A DNA stretch of 58,089 nucleotides, filler included, from Sluysia triapertura (lineage: Eukaryota): assembly GCA_046118255.1 (NCBI GenBank). It is 4 parts of 4 records of this genome, joined end to end, with 100 filler letters (N's around TTAATTAATTAA, not from the genome) between each part and the next. Parts side by side here need not be neighbours in the genome. Positions count along the whole stretch, not along the records: positions 1 to 14,725 come from JBJNIA010250420.1; 3 more parts are not named here. One strand, given 5' to 3'. The notes beneath the pieces were generated by a model, which had not been told where the DNA came from, made no database searches, and worked only from the letters and a program-made list of their open reading frames with translations. Shown here piece after piece: positions 1-13,298 of this stretch (the stretch's first letter is position 1; each line of letters starts with the position of its first letter). The position numbers and the translations under genes are program-made.

Positions 1-2992
1 TATATATAAAACTTGTAAAATTTAAATTTATAATTTTATACTTTGTAATTAGCTTTAAAAATTGTAAATATTAGTATTAAAACTTATTAATTGTTATACA
101 ACAGAAATAATAAGAAAATTTATAACGATATTATCAGATGATGCACTAATAAAATTGAAATATAATTTACAATTAAAATATAATCCAGAATCTTTTCTGT
201 AACTTTAAAACAAATTTATAACTAAAATGAAATAAGAAAGTATTAAAATAAGCATCTTAAAATATTCTAAAAACAAAAATAAACGAAACATAGATCTGAA
301 ATTAGTCAGTAGCTTCCAAAAAACGAAAAGACAATTTTATTAAAGTGACAATGATGAAACGAATACTAACAATTAGAAACGCAAACTACAAATAACTAAA
401 AAGTAAGTGAATATGAAAGTATATTAAACTATAATGTGGCCTAATATATCTTGTAGCACGAAATTAAATAATATTTAGATGAAATATGCCATAATATTTA
501 GAATGAAATTGATGGAGGTTTATATTTAATTTAACGAAGAACATCTACGATCATAAATGAAAGTTCAACTTGATGAGTTTGTTTGTTATCCAAGCCTTAC
601 ATTAAATTGCTTGTTTACAGGACTTACAAGATATAATTATGAAGGTCAAATAATATTATGCATTAAATTTATAGTAACAAATACAACTTATAGTTTTCTT
701 AATGTCTATCTTCAGTAGTTAGAAGCATATTTTTACTTTGAGACTTTGAAAGAGAATTTAAATTCTAATTGCGTTTTCCTCCATTACATTAGAAATTTCT
801 CGAATACAGACTGTTTATATTAAAGTTTGAAACTTACAGATATTTCGAATCCGAAAAATTTTAAGAAAATTAAAAGTAAAAGTTTGTTTTAAGTTTACGA
901 ATAATTTAATTTTAATAAAGAATATTATTTGATTTAACTAAAGCCCACAAATAATTTTAAAGTAAGAATTGTTAATTTTAGTAAAAAACATGACTTTGAT
1001 TAATGTTTATAAATAGTTTAAAATGAGTAATAGTTATTAATAAGTCTACCAGTTTTTATAAAAATAAAACCAATTAATAATTATATTATTATAATTATTA
1101 TTTCATTAATATTATTATTATTATTATCTATTAGTCGTTAGTCATTCTTTTTCTAATTCTAAAAATTCTAACCTGTACAAAATGAACTTATTACAGAAAT
1201 AATTTTAAAATCTTAGCGATTTCGTGGGAAAATTTTATCATTATATTGTGAAAATCATTTTATAATATTTAATATATTTTTATAGCAACTTAGCAAAAGT
1301 GTAAACTTAAAATACTTTTCTAAATAAAATAAAACTAAATTATCTTATAAAACACCTTAGGATGTCTTAGTAGCTTTAAAATAAACATTTCAAAATGTTC
1401 TTAAATAAAGAAATAAACAGAATATAACATAAAGAAGTGTATTGGAATTCACCACACGTAATTAGCAAATAGAAAAAAAGAATACAAACACAAACAAATA
1501 CTTTCTTTGGAATATATATTAATTTTCGTAAATTAATTTGTTAGATATTGTTGTGGTATAGAGATTAAACTTGGATTAAACTTAAACTTTCATCCCTTCC
1601 ACGTTGAAGATAACATCAACAAGACTTGTTTATGACAAGAAATAAACAAACTAGCTAAAGTATAAAATAAAAATTATAGCATTAACGCAAAGTTTAAAAT
1701 TAAATATATGGAAGAAAGAAGTAAATACTTATTGTAGCAATATAAGTATATTTTTATTGCAATTTAAGTAATTGATATTGAAGTAAATAAATTTCTGATT
1801 GCAATATTATATTTATAAAAACATTGTATATAGTATTAAAATTATTTTTTTATTAAATTTAATATATTGAACTTTTAATTATCAGTAGAAAGTAATTTAT
1901 TTTGTTTGGTGTGTAAGAAAAGTATTAGAAATTAAAAATTCACTAAATTGTACTGCACATGTAAAGAAAATTAATACAAAAATAAGTTTTGTAATAAAAT
2001 CACTTCATTTAATATCGAATTATGCTGTAAAATGCAATTGTACACAACGTGATCTAGTTTTTCCCATTTTTAATTGATTCTTTATTTTTTCTCAAAATAT
2101 ATTAATTTAGTTTTATAATGAAAAAAGGAATTTTATGACAGTGTTTTGCTAATGTAATTTTATAATATTGAAAGAATTAAGTAGATTTGTTTAATTATTT
2201 AATTTTGTTAAGATTAAATAATTTTTTACTTTCAAATTATTTAATTAATAAATATAAATGAAAAACTTAATTCTTTTATCTGTTTTTATATGATGTGATT
2301 AATAAATAAGCTTTGAAAATTCAAATCTTTAAAAAGTATTTTAATTGGTAGTAAATAATTGACATAACTGATCGTGTTTTCATATCTTTTTTAATGTGCT
2401 GTTTTACATAATAATTTTAAACAGTTTGCAATTTTAAGTAAATAACTTTTCAATTTTATCGAAACCTACTTGAATTATTTGCAAAACGTTTTCAGATACT
2501 AGGAGAAAATTATTTATGAAATGTTGAAAAAATATCATATTAAAATGTTCTGTTAATTTATTCTTAAGCATATCAAGGAAAAGGTTAGCTAACTACATAT
2601 AAAATTAGTACGATGATTTTTGATTGAAAAGAAATATTATTATTGGTATTCGACTAATAATTATACCAAATAAATTTGAAGTTATATTTGATTGTTACAC
2701 TTAAAATTAAATAATTTAAATAAAGCCTTTTAAAAAGCCATTCAACATTGTACATTCATAAATATAAATTTATATTTTAAAAATTAACTGAAATCTGTTT
2801 TTGATGTATAAAAAATTAAAATTTTTTGTCATAAACATTCTACTTCAGTTTAAAATATACCGTAATGACCATGTTAATAATCCAAGAAAATAAATGATAA
2901 TTTTTGGTGCTAGTCTAAATGTGATCTAGGTGTAATGGAGGACCTTCATCAACATAAATCTGGTCTAGCTTGTAATAAGATTTTTTAAATAA

Positions 2993-3122
2993 TTTAGGGT
3001 TAAGGAAAGCCTAATTTCTACAAAAATATATTTGCTGTTTAAATAAATGTTTTCTTAAGCTTCTGTTTTCTGCTGTTTAAATAAATGTTTTCAGCGGAAA
3101 TTAGGCTTGCCTTAATTCTAAA
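2993..3122. mobile_element. Small MITE (~130 bp) with ~26-bp imperfect terminal inverted repeats
   Basis: Left end TTTAGGGTTAAGGAAAGCCTAATTTC matches the reverse complement of the right end (TTTAGAATTAAGGCAAGCCTAATTTC). Internal direct repeat TGCTGTTTAAATAAATGTTTTC occurs twice. Confidence 0.7.
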
Positions 3123-4660
3123 TAATATAATAAATGTATTCCAGAATCATACATTTACATTCCATTTTAAATCAGCACCGATTTTTTTGTATCATTTTAA
3201 TACATAATTTACGGCAAAATTATTGGGCAGATGCGGTTACAGTATACGATTTATGAAGTACCTGTAACTATAAGAAGCAATTTTAACGTTCAACTTATCT
3301 ACCAACTTTCAAATATTAATCAGCCTAAAATTAAAGGTCTAATATGCATAATCAACTAAATCGAAATCTCAATTTATTATCTAAGTTGACAAGGTAAGTT
3401 AACAATATGTACGTTTACCTTATGAGGGGATTTCTATACAATTGTTCTAAAAAATCAAAAATAACAATCAAGGGTGGTTTTTTAATATTTTCATGTACAA
3501 AAAATAAATAGAGTATACAAGCAATAACGAAAAACTAAGTAAGCAAATTAATATTTCAAATTTTAAAATTAAAACCTATAAAGGCACTTAATTTCGAAAC
3601 ACTGATTTTAATGATATATTTTTTTCCTCATTAAACCGGAGTTGAGAAAAATTCTATAAATAGAACGGCCAATTAAAATTTATAGAATTTTCTAGAATTC
3701 TAAAAGACTATTTTTATTTGTTAGAAAACAATTTTTTTGGAAAATTAACTCTAATTTTGCATTTTTTAAGATTTTAAAGGATTGTGATGACAACCTAACA
3801 GTTCTTTCTAAGGTAGAATTTAATTTTAAGTCTAAATAGATTGAACTCAGACTAATAACAAATATAAATTTTTTATTTTTATAATCATAATAATGTCAGA
3901 ACAGAAATACATAAAGAAGTAAGAAATTTCATATTAAAGGTAACTTTAAATAGATTAAATTGGAGTAATAATAAATATTAATATTTTTCAAAAATAATAA
4001 ATTGTATAAAATATAATAATTTAATGTAATAATTTTTCAATATAATGTAGTGACATTATATTGATATACACATTATGATTTTATGTTATGTATATTTATA
4101 GAAACACACTGACAATATTGATTTTTTATTATTTTAAATATTATTATTGACTTTAAATCTATAATTATTTTAGAAAATTAATTTAGAACTAAATTATATT
4201 ATCAATCTTGGAAGTTTAAATTTCTAAATCAATGTATGTAATTTATTTTCAAAAAAATTATTAATTATTTTTATTTTGTTTAAATTAATTATTTATTCAA
4301 TTACATTTTGTAAGTCAAGGTTAATACTAAAAATATATAAATAGTTAAATCTCACACAACAAAAAACATATAACATAATAAGAATAACATCAGCAGATCG
4401 TCAACAAAAACGTCAACGGCAGTAACGGTAACAATCACAGCATTCATTAAAATTAGCCTTTGTATAAAGTTCTTTAAAAAACGATTCGTTAGTTTAATTT
4501 TGATAAGTTCTTTATACATTTGAGTATAGCGCAAAATACAGGTAAAATGTTTATTAAATATTTCGGAACTATTTCAAAGCTCCCGCGTAAAATATAATCA
4601 AAAACATATTTATATATTATTATTAACTTTTTAGTTAATAATGCAAAATTATTATTATTA

Positions 4661-6835
4661 TTATTTATATTTTTGTTTGTTAATAACATTATTATAAACA
4701 TTAATATCATTTTCGAATAAATTAGTGATTACGTTTCTTTTGTTATTAATCAATCGAAATTTATATTGTTTTAAAATATTAAAATCAATCATTGTGTTCA
4801 AATTTTCCGTAAAATTATAATTAACTTTGTAAAATATTGTTTGAAATCTTAAGAAATTCTGCAAGGAATTTGTCATAAATTTTTTAACTGATAGAAAACT
4901 ATATTAAAGAGATTTGATTGCTTCGATTAAGATTTGACCCCATACACTTGTCACCTTTAAAATCAAACGGCTAGAAGACAATCATTCATATCCTTTATGC
5001 GTAAGATAATAAATTAATAAAATTTATTAATATTAATAAAATTAAAACTTTAATATTAATAAAAAATAATTTTAAAAAGGCTTAAAAGCTTTGATTTTCA
5101 TTTCGAACTAAACCTTTTTAAGGTCAGTGAAAATCAAATTATTATATAAAACGTTGATGCGCATTAAAAAGATAAAATAATTATGCCAAGTCATTATAGT
5201 TTATATTTGAAAACTCTTCAACAAGTTTATTTCTTAGTCATTTACTAATAAAAACAATGCATGTGTATTACATATTTCAAACCAAAACTTATTCTACTTT
5301 CGATAATTTACGTTAGATTTACATGTTTAAGATTTACTACGTTTAAAATAATTTTGAAATAATCCTTAAAATCTTTTCATTAATTACCTGATGCTATATT
5401 TTAAATGACAACTTAAATATAATTTTTAAAAATATAACAAAATTCTCGTTATAAATTTGTAAAAGTTTTACTATTTGATAAAAGAACTTTTGCTTATTTT
5501 ATTATTGAATTAAATTCTTAACCTCCAAAATTATTAATTATTGCGCGATATTTTGTCGTCCTCTTTTAAAAAAAGTATATACTAACTTACATAGTTGTAA
5601 ACTATTAAAATCCGTTGAAGTGTATATTTTGTTTGTCTTCTTAAAAAGACAATGAACTTTCATTTTCACATCCTATTTTAAAGGACTTAAATTTCTTTGT
5701 TAATTAATCTAGTAAATGCGAAGAATATAATCATTAGCGAATTAAGGACTCAATTTAAATTACGTTCGACTTAATAAAAATTAGTTTTGTTTTAGTAATC
5801 ACAAATATAAGTATTTAAATTAAGTAAACATAGGGGTATATTTCTCCTTCATAAGTAGATATTTTGTTCTTTGATTGTAAATCCACTGGACAAGTCCTTA
5901 AATGCGTAAGACCTGGATCACAGGAAAAAACACTGATATAAAATTAAAAACTTAATTATGATTGTAAATTTTTCATTAATAATAATTATTATTATTATTA
6001 TTAGACACGTTGTCTTATTGGATATAAATGAAGACAATACCATAACACATTTCGTCAAGTAGGTTAACTTTTAGTGTACGAATTTACAAAAACTGCAAAA
6101 CGTACTGGAAACCGATTTTTTAAACTCAACTTAAACAATTTTTATGAACAATCCTACTATCTAAGTACGATTTTTTTATTTATAAAAATATTACTATAGT
6201 GATTCATAAAAAATTTTATAAATGTTAGATATAGATAACATTCGTCGGTTTTGACCATTAATTTAAATGTTAGATATATCTAGCATTCGTACACTAAAAG
6301 TTAAAAGTCAAATATTGCAAGCTTTATAATATTGGTACTATTTTTTTTAATTAAAAACTGCTATTTTATGTCTGTTAACATAATATACTAACATACTGCT
6401 ACATAGTTTATCGATTCCCCAATATTTGCAATAATTCGTAAACAATATTTATAAATTTATTTATTTATTATTTTATGTTTAAATACTTTTTTATTTACTT
6501 ATTTAGCTTTGCATGATTAAATATATAATTAATAAATTTAAAATTTAGGTAACCTTTTTAGGTTCTTTTTTGAATATCATAGGAACATAATCCATTTTTA
6601 GATTGCATCGACATTGTGGCGGTTCTTTAATAATCTTGCTTATACTTTTCTTTTCTCCAGCGTTTTGGAATTTATTCTGTAATAGAAAATATTGATTATT
6701 AATTCTTTATTAACCGTAAAAAAATAATTGTAAATTATCATTATTTTAGTAATAATAATAATAATGATTAATAATAGTAATAAAAAATACAGTGAAAAAC
6801 CATAAGTAGATTGGTGATTGAAAACCATCTGACAT
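4661..6835 (-). pseudogene. Multi-exon gene of unknown product, downstream exons apparently disrupted
   Basis: ATG at 6835. Exon 6835-6791 (MSDGFQSPIYLWFFT) ends in GT; AG-flanked exon 6676-6554 continues in phase (NKFQNAGEKKSISKIIKEPPQCRCNLKMDY...). Further exon-like blocks lie near 5930-5830, 5700-5590 and 4965-4690, the last with an in-frame TAA. No family recognised. Confidence 0.4.
6068..6300. mobile_element. piggyBac-type MITE with TTAA target-site duplication
   Basis: TTAA|CTTTTAGTGTACGAAT ... ATTCGTACACTAAAAG|TTAA: perfect 16-bp TIRs flanked by TTAA (6064-6067, 6301-6304). Lies in a probable intron. Confidence 0.85.
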
Positions 6836-7188
6836 TACAATCACACAAAAAATTAATGTACGAAATAAACTATGAACTCAATTCAATTATCCATGATCTT
6901 AGTCATTCATACCACTACTATTAGTACTACCACTCTTGCTATTATTATTACTTCCATAACTATCATTACTACTTTTGCTAATATTATTATTCTTTCGGCT
7001 ACTATATTATTATTATACTATGATAATATTATTGATATTATTGATACTATATTATTATTATTAACATTATCATAGTTTATTTATATTATCACTATTATTT
7101 TATTATTAATATCACAATTATTTTTGTTTTATATTTATTATTATTATTACAGTTAGTATTATTATTACTATCATTCTTATATTATTGT

Positions 7189-7360
7189 GCTACCATCAGC
7201 AGTTTTGACACTATACGTCACATTTTTCATTATAGTGCCAATAATGATGATGGTCGATCATCAGTCTTATCTTACTGATTTCATAATAACAATTTGTTTA
7301 TACTACCTTATCAGAGTCAATATCATTAAATTTACTTTCTAATACTCTGATTGGGCAAGC
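7189..7360 (+). promoter_or_regulatory. Double-dyad module, copy A (61-bp inverted repeat plus CCAAT-type dyad)
   Basis: Arms 7193-7215 / 7231-7253 pair at 19/23. Second dyad has arms ATCAGAGT / ACTCTGAT. 7341-7360 is identical (20/20) to the reverse complement of 24624-24643. Confidence 0.75.
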
Positions 7361-7489
7361 CAAATAACAAAATACACTAAAACAAAAAACAGCACAATTA
7401 TTAGTTCCATAAAACTTTTAAGTGATATTTTCGGCAAAATTGCAAAATTCACCCAAATCATATCATTCTCTTCTAACCACCAATAAATT

Positions 7490-8804
7490 TTGGTAATGCA
7501 GTCGATGAAGAATATAATATTATTTAGACCAAATGACTCTGATGAAAAATGCCAAGGTAAAAAGCGAAAAGCTGAACAAGTTTCAAATGTTTACGTCGTA
7601 TTGTCTTTTTGTAATGACAAGAAAGCTCACATTCAAACAATTACTCCTTTTGATGTTTTCAAACATAATCAATATAATTTTTGCAGTACTCTACAGAGTC
7701 AGAATAGTTGTAATGAACATTCACGTAGTCCAGACGAAGATAGTTTTTACTGTGAAACACATAGAACAAATGCTTATGAAGAAGATAAAACTGGAAGTTA
7801 TAGTAAAACACCGGTAATGAACAATAGTGGAAATAGTAGATCCAATATATTAAGTCTAAAAGATATTACTGATTTAGTTAATAGTCGAAATCTAACATGA
7901 TTAACTCGTCTGATTGCCACATCTATGATATTATTTTTAAAAAATTTTTTGCTGTCAATTAAACTAAAAGACAAAAAATTAATGATTGAACTAGTTCGTT
8001 CAACAAAAAGCGGAACGAATGTCCCAAATCATAAAGGAACAGTTACTTAGTGAAAGAGTACTCGAAGATGAATTAGATAGCCATGACGACAAAGATTTAG
8101 GCAGAAGTACACAGATTATGCATAATCGACATGATATGTCAAAGAACTATAAATTTGAACCATTTCATCACTGTCTACTAAGATGACCGAAGGCCAGCAC
8201 CATGACACAAAGGAACGCAATCGATTTGTCTCTAGGCAGAGTAATGCCTTGCTTTAGATTAGTAATAAAAATTTATGCTGCAAATGGTTTATTATAAACA
8301 AAATTTGGTATAGAATTAATCATAATTCAGAAACCTGTTTCAAATCTCTGAAAAAATAGTCACGCTAAAATATTTTACTATACTGCAAATTAATAGGATC
8401 AACTTAATACTACAAGCTCAACAATTAACGATGTCATCAACAGTCAATCAAGAGAACAATTCAGTCATAAGCATAATGAATCCATGCGAATTCATGAATA
8501 AGACTTTTGCGATAAGATGTCATGCGTGAGCTCTTATTCTATATTTTTATTGATTTATATTTTAGATAATGAATGTAAGGAATGGATCAGTGGAGAACAA
8601 CAAGACGTGGTGATGTATAAAGATGAAGCAAAAGAACTCTTTCTTGTAAAATCTCAAAATGTTATTTCATGTAATAAATTTATTGTATTTAAAATTTTTA
8701 TATTTATTTTAAAAAACGAAATACGAGACTTGAATTTATTGTTTCGAAAAGAAAGAATTTTATGCTGTTACATAGTTTATACAAAAAATGAGTTCGAAAC
8801 ATAA
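7490..8804 (+). pseudogene. Disrupted member of an unknown ORF family (copy A) downstream of the double-dyad module
   Basis: ORF 7490-7900 N-terminus aligns loosely with ORF 24458-23976 (F..D.EK ... YVV) and with LFRSNE near 35635. A 40-nt GTGAG...TTAG segment at 8526-8565 matches the one in copy B. Confidence 0.5.
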
Positions 8805-9983
8805 CTCATCAACATTTAATGACTTAAAGGATGAAACTAAACTTAGATATAAATTTATATACAAAATAGTAGATACAACTCATATCTTAATAGCGTCTAA
8901 CTCTGTCATCCATCAGAACCTTCTAACCGATACATAAATACATTTCTATGAATAAACATTGAAAATAATTCAAGTAAAAAAATGGCTGCTCTAATTTTAA
9001 AATCAATAATTATTAATTAATTGTTTATTGTACTTTTTTTGTAATTATGTTCGAGTAATAATAATAATAACAAACGATTTCTATTGGAAATGGAATAATG
9101 ATATAAGTATATTTGAGAAATGTATTATTTTTAATAGTGAGTAGCTAAATATATAAATATAATAATAAAAAACGATTATTTCAAATTAACATTGGTAAAT
9201 TTTTTGTTACCACCTTTATCAAAATTGGACAAAATTTACTGAAGTGCTACATTATCCAGCTCCACTATGTCTTTTAATAGTAAAACACATGTTAGCAGAT
9301 GTTGGAAGCCATTTAATTCTGTTTGAGATTGTTTAGAGTCAATACAACTACAAGTTAGAATGTTCTAAATAAAATTTATTAATAATTTAGAGCTAAATAA
9401 CAAAAATTAAAAATACTATTTTTTCAAAAGTGTCCAATAAAATTTGTAATTATTTTTAGTAAAATTGTAACTTTAATTTTTACAAGTTTTATTTTCTCGC
9501 ATTTTTAACATCATTTGCCTATATATATATATGTACTAAAAAAATCAATAAATTTAAAATGAAAAAAACGACGTATGGATAAAATCGAGAATGACACACA
9601 GACACACACAGATTCAGTTGTAGAAATAAGTATTTAAGGCTGAAGCATACAGATAAACATTTTGAGTAAATTATTTCTATTGGCGAATTGAATAAAACAA
9701 AAAAGGAAACTTTATTACTAAATATAAATTTAAGATAATCTAAAGTAAAATAATAAATATATTAAATGATGATGTTATTTCATTGCAATTATTATTAAAA
9801 TAAAGTAAGAATTATCGAATTATTTGTAGAAGAAAAAGTAGAATACAAATTACAATTGAATTTTTGGTCGTGTATATAATCTTATAATTCTAAAACGTAT
9901 ACAAATGCATTAAATATGCTAAAAGAATTAGAAAGTTAATATTTTAATAATTTTTTATCATCAGTTTTGAAATCATTGCCTTA

Positions 9984-10187
9984 ATGGAGTCCGATATTGC
10001 TATTCAACCTCCAATATCTTTATTTTATTTTGATAATTATAATATTTTATTTCTTGTAATACTCAACATAACTATGCAAATCATTTTTGCTATTATATGT
10101 TATTATACTAAATGGAATAAAATTGTAGATATAAGTGGCGGCTTTTCGTTTATTTGTTTGGCAATAGTATCATTAATTTTATCTAGG
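9984..10187 (+). CDS. First exon of a DUF1295 (steroid 5-alpha-reductase-like) membrane protein; later exons not seen
   Basis: FDNYNILFLVILNITMQIIFAIICYYTKWNKIVDISGGFSFICLAIVSL matches the family N-terminal pattern (D.xxL....T..Q..F..I....K.DK.TD..G..NF...A..TL). GT donor at 10188 after codon 68. Confidence 0.7.
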
Positions 10188-11114
10188 GTTAGTTTAAATT
10201 TGTTTTGTTTAAATTCGTATTTTGTTCAAATGGAGTGATAACATTTGTCATAAATTATAAATTCAGATCAATAATAGATATAGTATTTTATGCTAAAATA
10301 TAAATAAATGTATTAAAATTTTATTAAAAATTTATTAAGAATGTAAGCATTTAAATTTTTTTAATTTTAAATTATTCTGTATTTTACGTAAAACATATCC
10401 TACAATATGGCGTTATATGAAAGAAGTTTTCCAAGTAAGTTCAATTTATTAAGTATTGTTTGAATTTTTAAAACTTACAATTTAATTAATATGCCATTGT
10501 TTTTTGACAATTGTTTCATATATTTGAATAGAAACATGTTTTAGAATTATGTTGATTTTAGGTTAGTGTTTTTAAATATTAAGAAGTATTGTAATGGGCA
10601 CTAGTATTGTTATGCTAGTAAAAGACAGTTAAGCATAAAATTAAAGTCCGGAATCATTGAGAAATAATAAATTAATAGTATTTTTATGTGTTTTTGGAAG
10701 TACTTTAAATAAATGAATTAAAATTAAATATAATAATTCAGTTTAAGTCTTATTAATTCTGTTTAAGATTAATATAAATGTAAATGGCAACTTAATCTAC
10801 TATTATTTTAAATAAAAATAATAAGGAATAAATAAATAAGAAGAGCTTTTTCGTAAGTTAATATCTGCAATCAATAAAAATGAGAATTTCTACACATTTC
10901 CGTGAGATTTTTCAGAATATGAACTTAAAATAACAATTGTCATTCTGAAGTTCAAAAAATTCGAACGTATTTTTTGCTGTTCTGTTCTTTTATTAAAGTA
11001 TTTTTGCACTTTAAAAAGCTTGGAAAGACTTAATACCTTATCGACATTGTTAAATTTTAACAAAAATGAAACAGTTTCGACATATTTGAATCTAATTGAA
11101 ACAAAGGTTGTTTG

Positions 11115-11405
11115 TGTATGGAAATCACATCTAGATTTCAACACTTCGTCGCATAAAAACATTTCTTACATACACAGAACATTAAATAAACTACTTAACT
11201 CATTTAAAAAACAAACAGTCATTGTACATAATTGTCATGAATCATAGTTATTGTTATTATAAATCCAATCGTATTAATAATTCTTATAATTTCGCATAAT
11301 TTTTTATAACATCACAATATCATCAACATTATTGTTTTTAAATATATAATAATTATGTTATTGTTCCTTTTATTTTCATAATTCATCTTCATTTCCTTTT
11401 TTGTT
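11115..11405 (+). mobile_element. TGTA-terminus leader repeat, copy I (paralogue of 19615-19903)
   Basis: Starts TGTATGGAAA and is colinear with the minus-strand copy starting TGTAGGGAAA at 19903, including an identical 17-mer AAATCCAATCGTATTAA (11261-11277 / 19776-19792). Confidence 0.75.
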
Positions 11406-11414
11406 TGTCTGAAC

Positions 11415-11786
11415 TTGTATAAATTTATGTATCGTGCATCTGAAAAGGTATATGTCGAAAAAACAAAACCCAATGATCAGTACACAAATGTTATTTCATC
11501 AAGAAAATGTATATTAAAAAGTGATGTTATTTCGGAATTAATTCGTAATTGTATAGTGAATATCGCCAACTCAAATAATTTAAGTATTAAATGTGATGCA
11601 TTTGAGGAATTAGAAAACAGACTAAACAATATCATTATGTATTTAATTGCCTATATTAGTCATTTAACCCGTGAAAGCCATTTATTTAATCCTTCTATAG
11701 ACACATTATTTACACCAACATCATGCATCGCATCAACTGCATCATACAAATTCGGCTGCTTTTCTACAACAGGTAGCTGCATCTAG
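11415..11786 (+). CDS. Unknown ORF, possible histone-fold (TAF4/H4-like) segment
   Basis: ELIRNCIVNIANSNNLSIKCDAFEELENRLNNIIMYLIAYISHLTRE has the helix1-loop-helix2 hydrophobic pattern of histone folds; pattern-level similarity only. Confidence 0.3.
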   Translation: MYKFMYRASEKVYVEKTKPNDQYTNVISSRKCILKSDVISELIRNCIVNIANSNNLSIKCDAFEELENRLNNIIMYLIAYISHLTRESHLFNPSIDTLFTPTSCIASTASYKFGCFSTTGSCI

Positions 11787-13099
11787 TACTGATTCCTCAA
11801 ACTAGTTCCCAAATTACTACTAATAACAACTCAAACTTTATTACATAAGCCTTAAGATGGACAGCAACTTGTTCTCGAAGTCCACCACATAACAATGTGC
11901 CGGCAATACATCAAGTGACGAATTAATTTACATACCTCATAGTGGAGTTTGTGCGCCTAATGTAAATTCTAATGTGATATAACCTATTGTACCCATTTTC
12001 TTTATGCTTGAAAATATAAAATAATAAATAAATGAATTATAAAAATAAATCGAAATAAAATATTGATTTAAATTATGGGAGAAATTAAGTATGACAAAAT
12101 GATGGTTATATTAATATCAATATCATTTGTGGAATTAAGTAACTGCGAAGACGTACAAGTTACTTCTTTAGAGAAAGAGGTATTATTAAATTATACCTTT
12201 AAATATTTGTATGGATTTCAAGTTTCAATAAATATGTCGTCCAATGTTTCTATCGAAAGTAGTTCATAATTTCTAAGTCAACATTTGACGGCAAAATGTA
12301 CAAATACGATACATGGTTACTGGTCTGTTTTAATAATTATTTTTCCATTTTATTAATAATAGATAAGTAATACTCAAATACTATTGTGAGTTTAATGAAA
12401 ATGAAGTATATGCTTTAAATTTCACTCTTAAATGTCCACACAATGTGTTCTGCTCCAATATCAATTCCCATTTTAATAGAAAATATATTATGACGTTGTA
12501 CCAAATTCTATAACTAATATAAAAATGATTTATCAATTACACTTTGTAAATATGTAAATATTTCATGCCTGTTCTATATTTTCTGAAATGATCTATAATT
12601 GTTCATTTTATTATACTTTTGAAATGCTTACTTTCAATGTAATTTTATGTAAAGATGCTATTCATGAATTTATTTACATAAACGTTACCAATTGGGACGG
12701 ATTATACTTTTGTTGTTTATTTTAAGTTCGATAAAATTAATTCTACGATTAAAATATTTTAAACTAAAAATGAATCACAAATAATTCATATTAATTCCGA
12801 AAATTGCGAAATTTTATATCGTTCCGTATTATTTAATTGGGAAGGGTTATCATTGGTGGTAGTTAACGATGACACTATTACAGCTCCGGCATGTAATTAT
12901 CCTAATCGAGAAATGCAGTTTAGTATGTTAAATGAAACCAGATATGATAGTACAGTAAAATTGATGTGATTTGGAACAATTTGGTGTTCTATCGAAAGCT
13001 TAGCTCTTACAATAAGATATGAAAATAAAAATATCACTCGAACGCAATTGTTAAACATTCCAGATGCGAAATACATGTTTACAGTTAAGCTTTGTCAAG

Positions 13100-13298
13100 C
13101 TGTTGATTTTTTTATCAAAAACTATTGAACTTGATGCTCGAACTGTGGTCCTCCAGATTTGGAACAGCAGGCCAAGAGCGGTTCCATTCTCGTAGTGTTG
13201 CATTTTATCGGGGTGCCAATGGCTGCATGCTAGATTACGATGTTTCACAATTAACAATTTTACACAATGGTACGATGAGTTTTTATTACAAACAACGG
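13100..13298 (+). pseudogene. RAB7: Rab7/Rab9-family small GTPase fragment, frameshifted
   Basis: FLSKTIELDARTVVLQIW / TAGQERFHSRSVAFYRGANGCMLDYDVS / QWYDEFLLQ against the Rab7 consensus [44 protein letters not shown]...WRDEFLIQ. Frameshift at the Asp of WDTAG; no P-loop recognised. Confidence 0.9.

Noticed and set aside
3220-3260. YWADAVTVYDL as a copia integrase or Ras-family motif
   Set aside because: Too short, with no supporting neighbouring motifs.
7188-7195. TGCTACCA as an initiator-Met primer-binding site on the opposite strand
   Set aside because: Only an 8-nt match, not kept in copy B (TGCTGCCA), and not preceded by an LTR-ending CA in that orientation.
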